Position numbers and translations under genes: made by a program. The notes beneath the pieces are model-generated. The model was not told the origin of the DNA. It was given only the letters and a program-made list of their open reading frames with translations, and did not search any database. A stretch of 64,000 bases of DNA from Nageia nagi (Eukaryota > Plantae > Pinophyta), in contig JBITNC010000001.1 of NCBI GenBank assembly GCA_050084985.1, positions 15,934,001 to 15,998,000 on the forward strand. Direction: 5' to 3'. Below, one piece after another: positions 27,962-42,596 of the stretch; position 1 is the first letter of the stretch; each line of letters starts with the position of its first letter.

Positions 27962-30189
27962 TGTAAGTCCCACTCTTAGGTTTGCAAATCCAAGTTCTAC
28001 TAACTCCAAAATTCAGGTATTACATTAATACAACACTCATAAATAGAGGAAAAAGTGGCTTATCACTTCACCTTCCTCAAGAGACTCTTTAATTTCCTAA
28101 AGACTCTACAACTTCATCTTACTATCACCTTTGGAATTCCTCTAACACACAAATCCAAAAATACATAAATATAAAATACTTTCTCACACCTACACACTTA
28201 TAACACCTAAATATAATTATTTACATTCAACCTTAATACCAAAGGAATAGGTTTCCAAAATGCCCCCTTAATCCAATAGGGATTAAGAAAGAAATAAAAA
28301 GATGTGCTTTAAGATGTGTAGAACATTCTTCAATAATGAAAAAATAAACAATCTCTTCAAAAGTTCCACCTCAAGGATTAATCCCAAGTCTCCCCCTATA
28401 ATTTGAAGGGGTCAATTACAACCTAAGTACTCATAAGTTTCACTATTATAATCTATAAAAATGGCATGAGCAGAATTAGAATCATTTTCATAATAGGTCA
28501 CCTTGTCTTTATCTTTATTATGCTCCCTTTTTTCTTTAATCTTTTCCTATGGTGCTTAACAATTTTTGGCATTATGACATTTTTGCTCACAACGATCACA
28601 AAAAGAAATTATTTTCTTATTTTGATTTTATGTATTCCCCTTTTCTTTCTTCTTTGCTTTTCCTTTTGAGCTACTTTCATCTTTTGGAGAATCTTGAGAA
28701 TAATTCTTCCACCTTTGACCAATACAAAGAGTTGCACTATCCAACTTCTTTCCAAAAGCCTTTTCATGTTCAACAATTTTTGTAACCAACAGATCAAATG
28801 TAAGAGACTTAAAATTACCACTTGCTTGAAGTGATTCAAGATAGTTGGAATAAATAGGATAGAGATATTTTATGTAGATTGTGAGAGAAATATCAACTTT
28901 GACACCTGAAGCATCAAGATCATGCATAATAGCTTTTATTTTAGAAGCAAGAGCCATGGGATCACCATGTTTCAACTCAAGGTTGAAGAGCTTAAATTGA
29001 AGTTGGATAAATTCCAGCTCAGAGTGAGTATCTTACAAGGCCTTCAATATATTTAAAGATTTTCATGCATCACCTACAATAGACTTGATATGGTAGCTAA
29101 TTTCATCACTTGCTGAAGAAGAAATCAAGGCATAAGCTTTCTTATTCTTTACATCCTTTGCATACATTAGATTAATAGGAGGATTGTAACCATCACAAAC
29201 ACCATCCCAAAAATCATTAAAAATGAGAATGTTTGTAATTTTTCTATGCCATTCTTCCCAATTCTCCTTTTTGATCAAAATAACTCCAACAATAGAAATA
29301 AGGGAATGCATTTTTGTGAAGAAATATATGCCTTCTAGAAGAACCACTTTGCACAACCAAACCTAGCAAATGCAAAGAGATACTTAGCCATAATAGATAA
29401 GATCAGCAAGAATACACAACCAAGTAATTAAATGCAACCATAAAATAACTTATGCCTCTTTAATAACAATAATACACATTTTTCCTAAAACTTCTTCATA
29501 GATTCGGCATGAAACAACCAACTCTAATGCATGGAAAGAAGGGTAGATCTACAACTTAGGTTGAGATGGCATTGCTATTAAAACACTATCCATAAAAATA
29601 ACCCAATATCTACCACCAAAAAAACACATACAAAAGGAAGAAGAATAGTAGTTTTATCCATGAAGAAAAACATTTAAAAATCCCATGAACAACAAAAGAA
29701 ACAAATAGTAGCAACCTCTAAAAACTTGAATGTAAGAATTTAATAGAAATGGGTATCCAAAAGTTTTCACATAACTGAAAATGGATAACCATACTAAACA
29801 TTATTCACAAAATAGAAGATTGAATTCTACTTGGATTTGCAAGAAGAAACTCACATGGGAAGCCAAAAATGCACCAAGCTCTTATACGACTGTAAGGCCC
29901 ACTCTTAGGTTTGCAAATCCAAATTCTATTAACTCCAAAATTCATGTATTACATCAATAAAACATTCATAAATAAAGGAAAAAGTGGCTTATCACTTCAC
30001 GTCCTCAAGAGACTCTTTAATTGCCTAAAGACTCTACAACTTCATCTTACTATGACCTTTGGAATTCCTCCAACACACTAATTTGAAAATACATAAATAT
30101 AAAATATTTTCTCACACCTACACACTTATAACACCTAAAATCTAATTATTTACATTCAACTTTAATCCCTAAGGATTAGGTTTCCAACA
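27962..30189 (-). mobile_element. Gag-only Copia derivative (TR-GAG-like, 2.2 kb; LTRs 27962-28260 and 29891-30189)
   Basis: ~300 bp direct repeats TGTAAG..TTTCCAACA; degenerate Met-PBS at ~29877-29890; PPT GGATTAAGGGGGCA. Copia gag ORFs 28628-28975 and 29063-29356 (ENWEEWHRKI..DFWDGV..KAYALISSS). Absent from the sister LTR; TSD not evident. Confidence 0.85.
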
Positions 30190-31354
30190 CTATGCATTTT
30201 ATTTATTCTATAAAAATTAGGGAAATATAGCCAAAAGTTAAGAAGAAGGTTGTAGGAATTTGTGGGTAGTCTCTCAATTTGTTGGACAAATTTATGGCCA
30301 AGTAAGTCTCATTCTAAAATTTCTTTCTTTATGCCTTGATGTAGGGTTCTATTTTTTATATGGCCTTTGTTGGCTCACTCGGCCTGTTGATTTCCTCTTT
30401 ACTTTAATTTTATTTTGGCTTTCAAAAATCATGTAATAACAAAGTTACAAATTAGTTGGCCTAAGGTTGTGTTCATGTTTGACAAACTAATATCTTCTAT
30501 TTTTGCATTCTTATTTTTTAATGTCTTGAGAGAACTCCTCTCCATATTACATTATTTTCTACATTTGAAATCAAGTATTAACATAGGTAGAATACATGGA
30601 AAATCCTCTTTGCATTATATTCACTTCCTATGAATGAAATATTATATTAACAAAGAGAGAAATAGATGGTGATAATACTTCTTCCACACCACCCCTTCAC
30701 AGGTTTCAATCCTATGTATTAATAATCACTTATCATTGCATCATTCATTCAAAGGGGATATCATCATACAATTCACTTTCCCTCTTTGCAGGAGGTATTG
30801 GTGATTACCCTATTATATTTGGAAGCATTATGCATTTGATATATTTTGCATTATAGATAGTAATAAAGGTTGTTACTAATAGAATAAACACGTCCATATA
30901 GACTGCATTATGGCCTTAAGAGAATGTCATTTTATAAATATCTATATTCTAATATGCATTTAGTATACTGATGTTGTAGACTACATGTTAAATTCATTAT
31001 ATCATTATTACAACTTGCATTTTGATTTCAGTGTAGTACTATAATAAACTATATCTTGTTTTCAATAGTTAGCTATTATAAATTGAACTCCATTATTGTT
31101 ACAAGTTACATTTTGGTTTTTATACTCAACTAAATCCAAAGAAACTATGTATATGATAAATCTGAATAAGTTTTCATTTGATACCTTGGTCATGCTAATT
31201 GGATTTCATTGCATTAGATAAATGGTTGTTGTTTTAGAATATAAAGATATCACTACATATGTTTTCATACATGCAATTATTGTTATCCTATTTTACTCCT
31301 ATAATTATGATAACATAACATACAAATAGCATTCTAACATACAGTATATATAGT

Positions 31355-31954
31355 TGTTAAAACTAATAATGTTATTTAGGGTATTGTATTAATTAATATA
31401 CTTTAGCATATTAAGTATCACCTAATGTTTCTTATTAAGTGATAATAAGGTTCATGCATAGTGGGTAGAATAGTGTTATCCACTCAACATAAAACATTAT
31501 CTAGTGGATGGAATAGTGTCTTCACTAACAATTGAATGTGATTTTATATTAGTAACTCAAGGTTAACTAACCATTTAAGGTTAGGTTAGTTTACTACCTA
31601 AGGATAGTTTTGAGTACTATAAAAGGATCTCATGTTATTAAGAAATGTAATGAAGATTAGAATGAGAAATATGGTTGTAAAGATGTTAGTATAGATCTTA
31701 GTTAGTAAGGTCTTAAGCATGCAAGCTATGCTTGATGCTATGGAGAGACATGGTTGAGATCCATGAGTGTACATATTGTTTGAGAGTATAGATAAAAGGA
31801 GACCTTAAAGTGGAGTACTCTCATAGAGAGGAACCACTATATATCTTGTGTCACTTGTGTGATTGGTTTCTTGAGTTCTTAGTTTAGAATGATTGGTATA
31901 TTTGATGGAGGTCCTACAAGTGTTCTTGGGTTATGGAATCCTCCAATTCCATCA
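31355..31954 (+). mobile_element. Solo LTR (600 bp)
   Basis: TGTT..ATCA termini; perfect TSD ATAGT (31350-31354, 31955-31959); empty site at ~22228 in the sister LTR. Strand tentative. Confidence 0.88.
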
Positions 31955-34008
31955 ATAGTTACATACTAATACATTGGTTTTCATACTACATAGTAACACA
32001 TTAGATATATATTTTCTTGGTGGTGCTAAGAGGTAAAGTGGTTTACTAAAACTATGCATGGATTGTATGTTTATATCATAAAGTTTTAGATAACACTACA
32101 TCATTAGTATAACAATATTCATATTTCTCTAAATAAAATTATATTTTAGTAGTCCAATAAATGGATGGGATATAAAATTAAATGAATAGTCTAATTAATT
32201 TCATGATTGGATAATTCTAGTTCTATTATTTGAATGATAAATAAATTTTTCATAAAACTTATAATCATTGTACCATCACTAGGAATTTGCATCATCATTT
32301 AGCCTCAAGCGAGGTGATTGATATCATGTAGTTCAGGGAAGGGAATGATTGCATGTGTGAATGTTGTATGTGCATGGAGACCAATCTCCAATAAACCCAT
32401 AGGGGGGTAGTGTTAAAATAAAGAAACCATACACTACCCTGTTGGTCAGGAGACAACCAAGTTGTCAAGGTGGAAGAGTTCATTCAACCATTAAGCCCTC
32501 CTTATTAGATGGTAATTTAATTTGATATAAATCTAAAAATTATTTATTACAATGAATATGGATCATTCATCATTTTATTGTAATAATATTGAAATAATTA
32601 CATTATACACAGTTGAATCATGGACCCTTTAGTTGATGGAACCATGGAAGAATATGTTTTAGTTATTCAAAGAAATGTAGTTACCTACACTTACGTAGGA
32701 AACTAGTTTCAGTATTAATGGATGTACAAGTTTGAGAATTATTATGATCTACCCGTTGCTTATATTTTTATGGATGATTACTTTGAACAAGGAATTGGGA
32801 TTCTAGGAAATGGATGAGTAGCATAAATATGGATACATAATGCAATTTTTTATAGCCTTGTTTAATTACTTATTTATCTACAAGGCTATGTATTACTACC
32901 TTTTGGATTTGCATATCACATATGAGTAGCATAATTTTGGATACATAGTGCAAATGTTTTTAGCCTTAATTTATTACTTTCTTATGTATGAGGCCATGTT
33001 GTGCTAGATTTGTAAAAACCTGATAGCAATTATTAGAATAAGATAACTACAAAATATTATCTATTATGATAAGATCTTTAATATATATTGTTAGTGTTTT
33101 AAGAATTGTATAAATCTATCTTGCTTATGAGTTTCATAATACCTAACACACATTTAATTACATAGATTCATTCTCTTATTAATCCCAAATAATGGATAAA
33201 ATTAGGTATTTGCATATGATATGAAAGACTTTTTAATAAAATATATGGTTGATAATTAAGAGACAATTATAATGATCATAAAATGATTTAACTTCTTCCT
33301 TTGATAGTTGTACATTTTATATTATGGAGTTATTTATTGAAAGCATGTTTGTTTTGGATTAAGCATAAATAAAAAAGTATATATTAGGAACTTTCAAATG
33401 TGAAGTACTACTTTTCTATACTCTGGACCTACATGGTAAATTAGAAGAAAAAGGGGTAACTCAAAATACGTTACTAGGAATAATTTAACTTAAAAATATA
33501 TATTCAATTGAGACCATAGGAAAAACCCTAAAATACAAGGTAGAGGTTGATATTTATGTATCTCCCCTTTTGGATAAAGAAATTTGGAGATTATTTAAGG
33601 ATTTCGAGAACCTTAGATTTTGTCTAAAACTAAGCATTACATCTATAGTTATAGTCAATACTAATCAGGGAAGCATGCTTGGATTATACTTAAGATAGCA
33701 ACACTCTCAACTTATGGTTGACATAAGTGTGAGTGGTATATCCCTAAGAACTTATGGTAGACATATATATAGGAAGGTAATTCTTGTAGGGCCTATGACA
33801 TTCATAGGTATGGACAATGTTTCTTGGAAGTCATTGAAAAATGGAAGAAACTCTTACAGTTCAATGCTATTATTGTGTGAATTATAATTTATGGAATATG
33901 GATTCTAATGTATTAATTATTTTCTACATAAACAAGATAGGAATGCATACACTGTAATCATGCTTACCATTAAAAAAAAATGGTCTTGGTTATAAGATAT
34001 ATGTAACA

Positions 34009-34800
34009 CTGGATTTGAAACTTCTCCATCAACCTCATGATAATCACAATATGATTAAGGCTTATAGCAATGAGGTTTCTCCTCATCATACTTATATTAG
34101 CTTTATTTTATACACTAAATTGGCCATATTTCAAGGTGTAATGATCCTCTAAAAAATATCTTGAATTTTATTTTCCAATATATCCTTATATAGTTTAATT
34201 TTCTTACTCCCATTTATATAATGATTTTAAGATATATATTGTTAGAATAAATAATACATTAGATATTATATACATTAATTATCTAGTATAACATAGATAT
34301 TTAAATAAATACTTTAGTACTATTACTAATGTTAAATCAATATTTAAGATTTGTGGTAGTTTAATAATATGTTATTCTATGAGAATGTAACTCTTGAGAT
34401 GCTTTGTATTTAAACCATATTTCTCATTAATGAATATTACTTTCAACTCTCATATATTTATGATATAGATATCTTTTATTAGTTTAAGCATTTCATACAT
34501 CCCTCCAAAGTTATCTTCTACCTCTTAAATTAAGATACAAAATTAACAATTAAAGTATTAATAAATAGTTCCAAATTCATTCCATAGCCCATAAAAGGCA
34601 GGATACCTAAGCATAATTCCTCACTCTATGTTCATAAATTTCTTAAATGATGTTAATCATAAATAGGTAAGTTTTTACTATTATTCAGATGAATAAACAT
34701 ATTATTTTGTTCTTGGTATCACTCCACCTTAATGTTCCATAGAAACATGAATAAGTAACATAATTCAAAAGTTCATAGTAAGTTACTATTTTTTACTATA
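34009..34800 (-). pseudogene. Continuation of the old Gypsy gag (host of the long-LTR element)
   Basis: Minus strand SYCDYHEVDG at ~34025-34055 resembles CDFHRVESH at ~1000; highly decayed. Confidence 0.45.
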
Positions 34801-37287
34801 GAGATTATTTCTTGATTTTTATCCTCTATTTATTAAATAATTATGATCATCAAGAAAAATAATAATTAATACACATACTTACAAACTAGAAGTTCCACAC
34901 AAGTTTTTATGTGGAAAACCCCATGTGGGAAAAAAACCACAAACAAAGAGATAAATCTTATATTACATCATTAATAATTTTACATCTTCATATATACCAT
35001 GTACATGATAAAAATATATTTTCTTTAAATTTTTTAGGTTGACTTACATATGAATTTATATCATTAAATATTCTACAATAGTATTGAGAACTAGAATATT
35101 AGTTTCATTGATTAAAAATGAATCTTTACATGCATATATAGGATATGGATAATCCTATATATAGACTCAACTAAAAATAGAATTAAGTTGGATAAACTCA
35201 ACTTGTTACATCCAATCCAAAAAGTTAACTATAATAAAAGTGTATATCCTAAGAAAAATTGTAATAATATAGAAGACATCATTCATGCAACTCATAGGCT
35301 CAAAAAAGCTAATCTAAGACTCAAAATAGAAAAAATGAACATACCAAATATATACATGAAAGATTTACTTTTTTGGAAGTCAAGTTTGCAAAATTATCCC
35401 CCTTGATGCTAAGGGGAATCACTAAGAGGATCCTCAACTTCAAAAACTAAGATTTAACAACTCCTTTGGTGAAGATAACTGTAATGTTATATAGGTGTTG
35501 TAATGCCTCAATTTTATGATGTCCTTCTCCACCATATCTCATATGAATTGATACTTCATGTTGAAATGTTTGGATATATTATGGTGGAATGGATTATATG
35601 CCAATTGGATGACACTTTGATTATAAAAAATAATATTGTACAATCACTTTGTTTCTCATTAAGTTCCTTAAGAACTTTCCTCAACCATAATGCTTGAGCA
35701 CTTGCACTTGTGATTGCAATATACTCTACCTCTGTAGATGAAAGTGCAATACTAGTTTTCTTCTTTGACTTCCATGAAATGAGTTCTAAACCAAGGCTAA
35801 AATATTTTCCAAATATGGATTTTCTATCATATAAGCTACTCCCCCAATCAGAGTCACTATATCCATAAAGTATTATCTCATCATTCCTATAGTATTGTAT
35901 GCCAAAATATTATGTGCCTTTGATATAGCTCATAATCCTCTTGGTTTCTTTCATGTGTTCTTCAGTAGGATCATTCATGTACCTTGATACAAGTGAGATA
36001 TCATGGGCAATATTAGGCCTAGTATTGGTGAGAAACATTAAGATCCTACCTAATTAAGCTTCTATATGTGGTTACTTCAACTTTTGGTGTTCTATCATAT
36101 TTACATAATAGTTGCACATAAGCTATAGCAATTGGTACTAATTTGCATTCATCCATACTATATGTTTCAACATATCATGTGCATATTTGGATAGATAAAT
36201 TAAGATATTATCATTACCTTGAGAAACTTCCATACCAAAGAAGTAGTGCATCAATCCTATATCATTGATTTTAAATTCTTGCATCATAGAGGTTTTAAAA
36301 TCATCATTTATTTATGTACAACTACCCATGTAGATTAGATCATCCACATAAAAAACACAAGTAAGATGCATTTACTCTTCTTGATAATGTAGAGAGTGCA
36401 CTCACTCTTGCTCCTTGTGAAACCATATTTATGGAAGTACCCATCAATCCTTTTATACCAAGCTCTTGGAGCACTACTACATTTAACCAATTTTGCATCA
36501 TGCTATGTGTCAATCTATAGTGTATTTGTTTTTGAAATAACCATAAAAATTATGATGTTCAAATTGATGCTAAGGGTATTATCAACATAAACATCACTTT
36601 GTGTATCAACCTATATACGACTTTGCATTCAATACAATGTGAACGTACATATGTAGAAGATCAAAATCCCTCCATAAACATCTTTCTATGCATCCTATGT
36701 TGATGTTAGAAGAATCCAATAATTAGTGTTCATAATGTCTTGGTATGCACCAACTACAAATATTTAAAGCATCTCATCAACTGTTAATAACATATTTTTA
36801 ATGTGTTAAATTATAAATGTTTAAAGCATCAATAATAAACATTTTAGATTGTCAATCATAGATACTTAAATCATCACATTATAGACATTTAAAGCATCAA
36901 GTAGAACATCATTTAAAAATGAATCCTTTAATATGCATCTCTTGAAACATTTTTAGATGTGTCATATAAAGCTTTAAATTGTTGTAATAATTTTTTAATA
37001 CATTACATTTTAATATTAATTTAGTTTTATTTTTTTAATATAATATAATATAATTAATTATAATCAAATAAATTAAATTAGAATGAACTAAAAAAATAAA
37101 TATAATTTAAAAAATAATAAATTTAAAACTTAAAACACATTAAAAATAAATATAACATTCATAAATACATTCACAAGGTTTTTCAATTGTCATAAAAGAG
37201 TAATCAAATGATAGTATATACAATTTCAATCAAAAAAACATTATTTGTAGAATGTCTCATAAATAGCACCACATTTATCCTAATACC

Positions 37288-38859
37288 CTAAATCCTTTGC
37301 TTACTATCACCATGCCTAAACTCATCATCATCAAAATCTAATTTCTCATCATCATTGAAATCTATGTTGAGAATTAGCTAATCCTCTAGCTAACTCTCCT
37401 AACCCTGATCTTGACCCTTCGGCTGACCCTCCTAACCTTGGAAAGAATAATTAAATAAATATTAGTAAATAAGAAAAAATTAAAAATTTTATGCATAAAT
37501 ATCAAATAATATAATTAATTAATAAAAATTATGTAAAATATTACTTATAGTCTCAACTGTTATCTTCAATTGTAGTGCTTGAAAATAATGTTGAAGGGCA
37601 TATTTTACTTCATCTCTTAAAGGATTTCTACCATATTTGGTGAACTACAAAAAAAAAATATTTAATTAAATAATATTTTAAATATTTGACTATTTATTAT
37701 AAATAAATAATTAAATATACTTACAAATTTGGATTCAATCCCTACTTTTTCCAATTTGGCTAACTTATATGTATAACTAATGGAGGATGTCATATATCAA
37801 GCATGCGTAACTTTTTCATACCGTGATGGTTTAGATGTAGATTCTTTACATGCTTCCTCCTCCACTTTCTTCGCAAAGCTCTTCTACACTTTTTTTTCAA
37901 TATCATCAAGCCTAATTCCTTTATGCTTTTTTTAATAAGTTTTATTTATCTTCTGACCTTGTCCCTCCTCTAATTCAAATTCTTTCCCATCTATTTCAAT
38001 GCCCAATCTACACAACATCCTTCATCAAATTCTTTTTTAATGATATCTATCACTATTTGTTTTCCTAAAAAATACACAAATTTTTAAAAATTAAGTTAAA
38101 AATCTAAGTAAAAAGTACTATTAATAATAATATATAAAAAAATGTATATGATTATAACACTTTATTTTCTCAACTCATGATCTAATATGAGATCAAACTG
38201 ATGGAATGTGCATTTTTGGAGAATATCATAAAACATATCTTGAAGAATATTTGACAATATTAGTAAATTAATATATCCAAAAATAAATATATAAATATAT
38301 ATTTTTTAAAATCAATTTGTACCCTTCTTATTGTTAACAACTACACCCTTTTCATCCATTTTTATTTCAATATTATTATTGCCTTTGCACATTAGAAATT
38401 CAACTTATTGATTGACCTTTGACTCTATATCTACAATTATAATACTTACATTATCCTTATTGAATGTAATATTTATAAGAATTAATTAATAGAAGGTTAT
38501 TTCAATTATTTTTCTAAAATTAATAAATTAAAAAATACTACCACCCTCTGGTGATGATCTCGTTGATGATGATGTGGCAACATTGATAGAAAACCCAATC
38601 AAAGTCCCAATGCCCTTTTTTGTTAATTTCCCTTTCCAATTCACACCTATCCATCCATTTTATGGCCATTTTAGACAATGTGTCCACTGCCTAAGTTTGT
38701 AAACAAGATAAAGAAATAAATTTATTTTTTCTTCTAAAATGAATATTATTAAATAAAATATAATCAAATCATATTAATACATATAAATACTTACTTAACC
38801 CTTCTTGCTTGGTATTGTCTTTGGATTTTTTTGCTTCTTTTATCTCCATCATCGACCAT
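37288..38859 (-). pseudogene. Multi-exon CACTA accessory gene, putatively TnpA/Ptta-like
   Basis: About 7 exons bounded by GT/AG-like sites within very AT-rich introns: MVDDGDKRSKKIQKT; AVDTLSKMAIKWMDRCELEREINKKGHWDFDW; IDIIKKEFDEGCCVDWALK*MGKNLN; DDIEKKV*KSFAKKVEE..KPSRYEKVTHA; acidic tail. The family assignment is inferred. Confidence 0.55.
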
Positions 38860-39404
38860 GATAATCACTAAATAAAGATAATTAAAAAAATAATATTAGT
38901 ATAATAAAAAAATGAATATGTAAATTATAATAAAATTTAAAATTTATATTAAAATTATGGTTAATTTTTATTTATCAAAATCAAGCGTAAAACTTTTAAA
39001 CTTTAGACCCTAAGATCCTAAATATTAATGTAAGATTATAAGACATGGAATATTGTAATGTTTTTGCCAAATGTTGAGATGATATACATGCAACTCGTCA
39101 ATTAACAATTTATAGATTTTTCAAAAAGAAAATAGTGGGAAAGGTTGTTATTTTGGATGGTGGTTATTGTTGGTAGGAAGATAGAATAAGACTCATGTTG
39201 GTAAGAAGATTTAGTATTTGGTACATAAATTTCTAATGAAGGTCTTTATATTTTGAAATTTAGATTTAAAATATAGTTTCTTTTACATCTACATGTTAGA
39301 AATTATGAAAGAGTTTTGATGGACTCTCTTCTCAATTTGAGTATTGAGTTGTTTGGTTATAATAGATGTAGAGTATTATAGTATTGTAGGATAGAGTATA
39401 AAGT

Positions 39405-40460
39405 CCTAATCCTAAATGTTTCAAACCCCTAACCCTTAAGCCCTAATTGTAACCCTTAAAACCTAACCCCTAGCCCTTAAATCTTAACTATAACCATTAA
39501 CCCTTAACCCTTAATCCCTAACCCCACACCCTAACTTTAACCCCTTACCTAAACCCCTAACCCCTAATGCTTATAAAATTAAAATGATAAATTATAATAT
39601 ATAAAATTTAATGTTTATGAAATTTATATTATTTTAAAAATAAAAAATTTATTAAATTATTATAAAATTTATATATTATTTTAAAATAAAAAATGTATAT
39701 TATTTAAAAAATTATAACCCTGAAATTTATAACCATAACCCCAAACCCTAACCCTAACCCTAACCCAAACCCTTAACCTTTAAACCCTAATTGTAACCCT
39801 TAACTTTGAAAACCTAACCCCTAAACCCTAACCTTTAACTCAAACCTCTAACCCTTAAACCTTAACCCCTAACCCCTAATCTAAACCCATAACCTTTAAT
39901 TCTTACCCCTAACCATAACCCTAACTATAACCCTTAAATCGTAACCATAACCATAACTCTAACCATAACCCTAAACCCTAATCCTTAAACCCTAAACCCT
40001 AACTATAACTCTAATATTTAACCCCTAATCCTTAATGCTTACCTTGAATCCTAACCATAATACTAACCATAACCCAAATTTTATAACCATAACCCTAATT
40101 CATAAACCCCTTAAACTTCTAAACTTTTAAACCCCTAAACATAATCTCTAACCCTAATTATAACCCCTAATGCTTAATCCCTAACTAACGACCCTTAACC
40201 TTAAACCTACCCTACCTAACCAAAACCTTAACCATAATTTGTAATGCTTAATTCCTAACTAACCCTTAACCCTAAACTTAACATAACCCTTCAACCCTAA
40301 ATATTAACCTTTAGCTCCAAACTTAACCCCTAAAACCTAAACATTAACCCTTAACCTCACACCCTAATCATAAAACCCCAAATCCTAATCCCTAACCCTA
40401 AACACTAACCTCAAACCTTAAGACATTAACTTTAAACCTTAAGATCCTAAACTCTAAATG
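39405..40460 (+). repeat. Degenerate telomere-like array (mixed CCCTAA / CCCTAAA) with an AT-only spacer at ~39570-39715
   Basis: For example ccaaaccctaaccctaaccctaacccaaacccttaacc. Confidence 0.9.
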
Positions 40461-42596
40461 TTATCTTGTTACTATGTTAATGTTAAGTTAAATGTTTAAA
40501 ACTTAAGTTATATGTTTAACATTAATTTAAAAATTAACTCTAAAATTTTTAAATAATTAACAATTGATATTAAATTTTAAAACTTTAAATAATTAATAAT
40601 TTATATTAAATTCTTAAATAAAATAAATATTAATTTTTATTTTAACCTTAAACATTATAAAATATAAACTAAAATAATGAGTAGTTAAAAATTATAAATT
40701 AATTAGTGAGTTGTTATTTATAAATAATGGAGATGTGGTAATTTTGAAGAAACAAAAGAAAAGAGGATATTGCTATTGGATTTTTTGGTGTATTTTTATA
40801 TAGTTTTCAAAATTGAATGATTTTATGGTTTAATATTTCAAACTTTCTCTAATTTCAAGTTAAATTGAAACCCTAGGTCATTTATACTTCAAAATTTGTA
40901 AAATTGCACAGTTAAATTGAAATCTTAGTTTGTAAAATTATTTAAACCCTAGTTTGTAAATTTGTTTCATTTTTCAAACCTTAGTTTTTTTCAAATGTTA
41001 GATTTAATTTTTTGAATTTCAACAAAACTAAGAATCTAGGGTTTAGGATTTTCCTTATGGAATAGGGTTTAGGGTTTTCCTTTGGTATATTTTTATTTTG
41101 AAATAAAAATTTCTAATTCTAAGCAAAAACATTTCATTTCTATAAAAGGATTTTAAATATTTAATGCAAATTTGAATTTCAAAGTTAAAATTTGAATCTA
41201 GAGTTCTTACCTCTAAATCTTACTATGAATCTATCAAAAATTAGTTAGATTTTATAAAATTTAATGTTATATCCTTCTCTCTTGCTAAAATATTGTTATT
41301 CTTTATCTCCTTCCTCTGACACAAACGAAAATGATGTTTTGTGGGGTATGTGGGGCATGTCCCTTTTGTTTTATCCCTTAGTTGGGGTTTGATGTATTAC
41401 TTGACATATTGAATGTGTTAAACAATGTGTCAATCCATTATTCAACCAATGCATCAACCCTAATATATTTTAACAAAAAAATATAATTAAATTAAATTAG
41501 TAAAAAATTAAATATTAAATAGTATTAAAAATACTTAAAAAATTAAATTAAATAGTTAAAAAAATGAAATAGGAAATTAAATTAAATTAATAAAAAAATT
41601 AAATGGTAAAAAATTAAATTATAAAATAACATGATTTAATATATTTAATAAATATATAATTTTTTAAATTAAATAACCTATTTTTTATATTTAAAAAATG
41701 TAATTAGTTATGTTTTTTATTTAGATAATATTTTTTATATTTAAAAAATATTAAATTATTTATATTTTTTGTTTAAATAATATGTTATACTTAGATATAA
41801 ATGAATTGTAACGATTTTATCATATTAGCTTAGATTGTATACATGTGTGATTTATTTTGTAAATGCATATGCATTTACCTTTAAAATTAACATCAATGAG
41901 TTGGAAGTCATGACCAACCATTGATTCTATTATTCTTGAGTTCCCAACACCATATTTTTTTAGTCATAGAGCCAGCTACACTTGTATTTGATCACCAAGG
42001 TAGTCATATGTTAGAATAGGAGTCATTACTTTCCATCGAATGATTATAAATAAGGGAGATGAGAGTTTATTTAGGCAACATTAATGGACTAGGTAGTCCA
42101 TTTGCTACATTATGAGGGTAGATACTCTTAGCAAGTCCAATGACATTCCCTATGCCCCATTGCACTTCGAGGATACTTTTAGTCACCAAGTTGATACTTA
42201 ACCCTAGGAAGCCTTTTATCCACCATATTGATCTTGAAGCCCATGTCGGTTAGACAAGGGTTAGATTATTGATAGTGGAGGTAGAGTTGTAATGACCACT
42301 TCTATATAATATTATGTGACTCATTGGCAAGATATGGTAAACCTAGCTAATAGTTTTATCATTCTAACTTACTTTAACACTTGACTAGTATACATTCTAT
42401 GAAAATTAAAAACTTTAAAAAAAATCTTCACACCACTCACATTAATAAGATTTAATCAATTTGTGAAATTGTAAAAAAAATGACCACATCCCATTACATG
42501 ATAAAGTAATTAGGTATATAGGTTGTTTGATGCACATTTGTAAAGTTATAAAAAAGATAACCACATCATATTACATTTCCTTAATTCAACTTTTTT

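Larger units (their letters stand above)
14598..34008 (+). mobile_element. Internally deleted chromovirus (Tekay/Del-like) with very long LTRs, carrying three nested inserts
   Basis: Direct repeats start TGTCATGGCCCACCTCATGGGACC at 14598 and 26471 and end TGTAAAA (24339) / TGTAACA (34008). Met-PBS at 24342 and PPT GTGGGGGTGGA before 26471. Flanks TTGTA/CTGGA may be a decayed TSD. Confidence 0.9.
26471..34008 (+). repeat. 3' LTR (~4.7 kb after removing two inserts)
   Basis: Direct repeat of 14598-24339, preceded by the PPT. Confidence 0.9.
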
